A stretch of 62,948 bases of DNA, counting the filler, from Octopus bimaculoides (taxonomy: Eukaryota): the NCBI RefSeq assembly GCF_001194135.2. It is 10 parts of 10 records of this genome, joined end to end, with 100 filler letters (N's around TTAATTAATTAA, not from the genome) between each part and the next. Parts side by side here need not be neighbours in the genome. Positions count along the whole stretch, not along the records: positions 61,741 to 62,948 come from NW_026437399.1; 9 more parts are not named here. The stretch is one strand, 5' to 3'. Below, in pieces: positions 62,570 to 62,948 of the stretch. The notes below the pieces were generated by a model that saw only the letters and a program-made list of their open reading frames with translations, had not been told where the DNA came from and searched no databases. Position 1 is the first letter of the stretch; each line of letters begins with the position of its first letter. The translations under genes were made by a program, and so were the position numbers.

Positions 62570-62948
62570 ATTTGGTTTTGATTTTATTCCGATACATACA
62601 TCCATGCATGCATGCATATATACATATATACATACATACATGTATACATACATACATGTATACATACATACATGTATACATACATTCATACATACGCACA
62701 CAAGAAAGGAAAAAGCTAATTCGAAGACTAGAGATCCAATCCATCACTGGAACTGTAAAAATCTGTAAACCTTTCCAGAAGTTTATCATTTAAATATATA
62801 TGAGCATGTCTAGATATGCAACTATATGCATGAGAATACATACATAAAACATACGAATCCACACATGCACACGCATGCACACACAGTCGCACGCATATTG
62901 CAAATATGAAGTTTATATGCGTATAAACGCGTGAATGAATTATATATA

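Overview
AT-rich animal genomic DNA with many microsatellites and N gaps. The tRNA-derived SINE families and LINE mix point to an octopus/coleoid cephalopod draft assembly (inference). Nine 100-nt scaffolding joins (N44-TTAATTAATTAA-N44) cut the window into blocks whose adjacency may not be real. Host genes are nine internal minus-strand exons of eIF3L (34998-46700; one middle exon probably in a gap, 5' and 3' exons not found) and one isolated TM7 exon of a kinin-receptor-like neuropeptide GPCR (23616-23706). The rest is mostly decayed mobile DNA: a full-length TTAA-flanked piggyBac in an eIF3L intron, three Penelope-like fragments, Tx1/L1, CR1-like and RTE LINE fragments, mariner remnants, MITE/foldback elements and many SINEs. 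The best lead is a set of hammerhead-ribozyme-like motifs: one well-formed type I candidate inside a ~130-nt hairpin (50784-50912, minus) and several minimal or variant motifs at Penelope-like element ends (14321-14434, 43341-43490). All alignments and folds were done by eye and none of the ribozymes is proven active.
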